From Paraspadella gotoi (lineage: Eukaryota; Animalia; Chaetognatha): a stretch of DNA of 64,000 nucleotides. Position numbers and translations under genes: made by a program. The stretch lies in contig CM119266.1 in assembly GCA_051294375.1 (NCBI GenBank), positions 17,292,087 through 17,356,086 of the forward strand. Reading direction: 5' to 3'. A model generated the notes under the pieces. The model did not search any database and had not been told where the DNA came from. It saw only the letters and a list, made by a program, of their open reading frames with translations. Shown here piece after piece: positions 62,766 through 64,000 of the stretch; position 1 is the stretch's first letter, and each line of letters begins with the position of its first letter.

Positions 62766-63740
62766 TTTGGCACTGAAAGGAGAAAGAGATATTGACAGTA
62801 GAGGGAGAACAAGTTGGAAATCTTAGCACTAAAGGGGGGAAGAGATGCCCCATCCCAATGGGCATCACAGGCGACCCGGGTGTTGCCATAGAAGAGATAT
62901 TGACAGTAGAGGGAGAAAAAACTGGACGTCTCAAAACTAAATGGGAGAAGAGAATGAGATGAACATCTCATCATTTATTCTGTTGGTTACAAGGCCGTTC
63001 AGATAAATTAAAATGGAATAGCAAGCAATGTTTTGTTAATTATTTTTTTTTATAATTTGTATTGTTTATCAGTTGATTAATTGATGTATTGGTTTATTAG
63101 TTTTTACCTTGTTATCGATTTTGTTGGGATTTTTTTGTTTTTAAAGAAACGGGACAACAGATGTTATCTTCTCGGTGACAAATCAAGCAGTGATTTAACG
63201 GTTGACGGTTGACCTCCGTCATAAAAATGACCTTAGTCACAAAGATTCTTTTCACCGAACTACAGTTTAGCTTCACTGGCCTGAGTCGTCGTTATTGTCT
63301 CCGTCATCGGCTGTCTTCTTTCTCCCTTTTTTCACATTTTAAAAATTCATAATTCGAATCTTAAGCAAAGATCCAAAAACTGCATTTACTCTATTTTTAC
63401 ATCGACGTTTAAATCATATATTATTATTCACATTCAACCCGGGACCTTTAGGCATTAGGTACAAAGAAAACCGTTTGCGTGCCTGACAAATTATAGTTAT
63501 CCCTGTGATTCTTTTCACACAAATGAGACTCAAGCGGGATTGGACATCTAACCCCCCTAAAGTGATGGACAACATTCAGATCCTAAGTTGTAGTTAATTC
63601 AAATAGCGATGTCGCCGGCGAAGAAAATATAATACGGGAATTTGCGTTGAAGTTATTTCAACGTAAAGTAAAGTTTGTTCTGTAATTTGACTAATTGGTT
63701 AAATATTATAGAACTATGGTGGACTAAAATCCACCAACCG

Positions 63741-63915
63741 TTCATCAGCGGCCATTGGTGCCGGAGGCAAGTCATTCGCCTCCCAACCCAAAGGTCCGGG
63801 GTTCTAGCCCGGTGGTCGTCTGTAACACTGCGTTACAGCCTGATCCGAAGCTCAGGGACTGCTTATATTGAACGGTTCTGTCACTAACATATAACAATAA
63901 TTACTGTCTCTTCAG
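63741..63915 (+). mobile_element. tRNA-derived SINE family B, second copy
   Basis: Matches 28271-28490 with an internal deletion; B-box-like GGTTCTAGCCC; both hairpins retained. Confidence 0.7.
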
Positions 63916-64000
63916 AACTGAATAATGCGTTATTATAATAATAAGTTATTACACAATCCACGATCAATATACAGGACAGAATCATACTGAAATAAAACGT

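Noticed and set aside
62770-63350. Conserved polyamine-sensing uORF (PPW-ending) typical of ODC/AZIN leaders
   Set aside because: No PPW-type uORF found by eye, and the upstream exon could not be located.

Overview
AT-rich, microsatellite-dense (mostly (AG)n) genomic DNA from an animal, most likely an invertebrate, with compact multi-exon spliceosomal genes. Most ORF-track entries are repeat-derived noise; the gene models below were rebuilt by hand from splice sites and exon phase. Left to right: (1) the first exon of a minus-strand gene leaving the window; (2) a divergent beta-tubulin with no stop after its acidic tail, which splices in frame into a chain of 16 further exons (about 2,200 aa of low-complexity repeats, to 18629, with apparent indels in one purine-rich exon); (3) an SLC22-type transporter (-); (4) a BTB/POZ gene with a MATH-like N-terminus (+); (5) an F-box gene (-) whose long intron holds a Penelope-type minimal hammerhead ribozyme; (6) a secreted six-domain Kazal inhibitor (+); (7) a TCF23/TCF24-type bHLH gene (+); (8) an unusual ornithine-decarboxylase-family gene (-) with a six-fold 11-aa repeat, a 20-nt micro-exon and an altered GPTCD motif. 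An ~8.1 kb tandem duplication (about 45380-61670) next to an N-gap looks like an assembly artefact. Two tRNA-headed SINE families share a twister-ribozyme-like structured core. GC donors and AAG acceptors appear unusually common.
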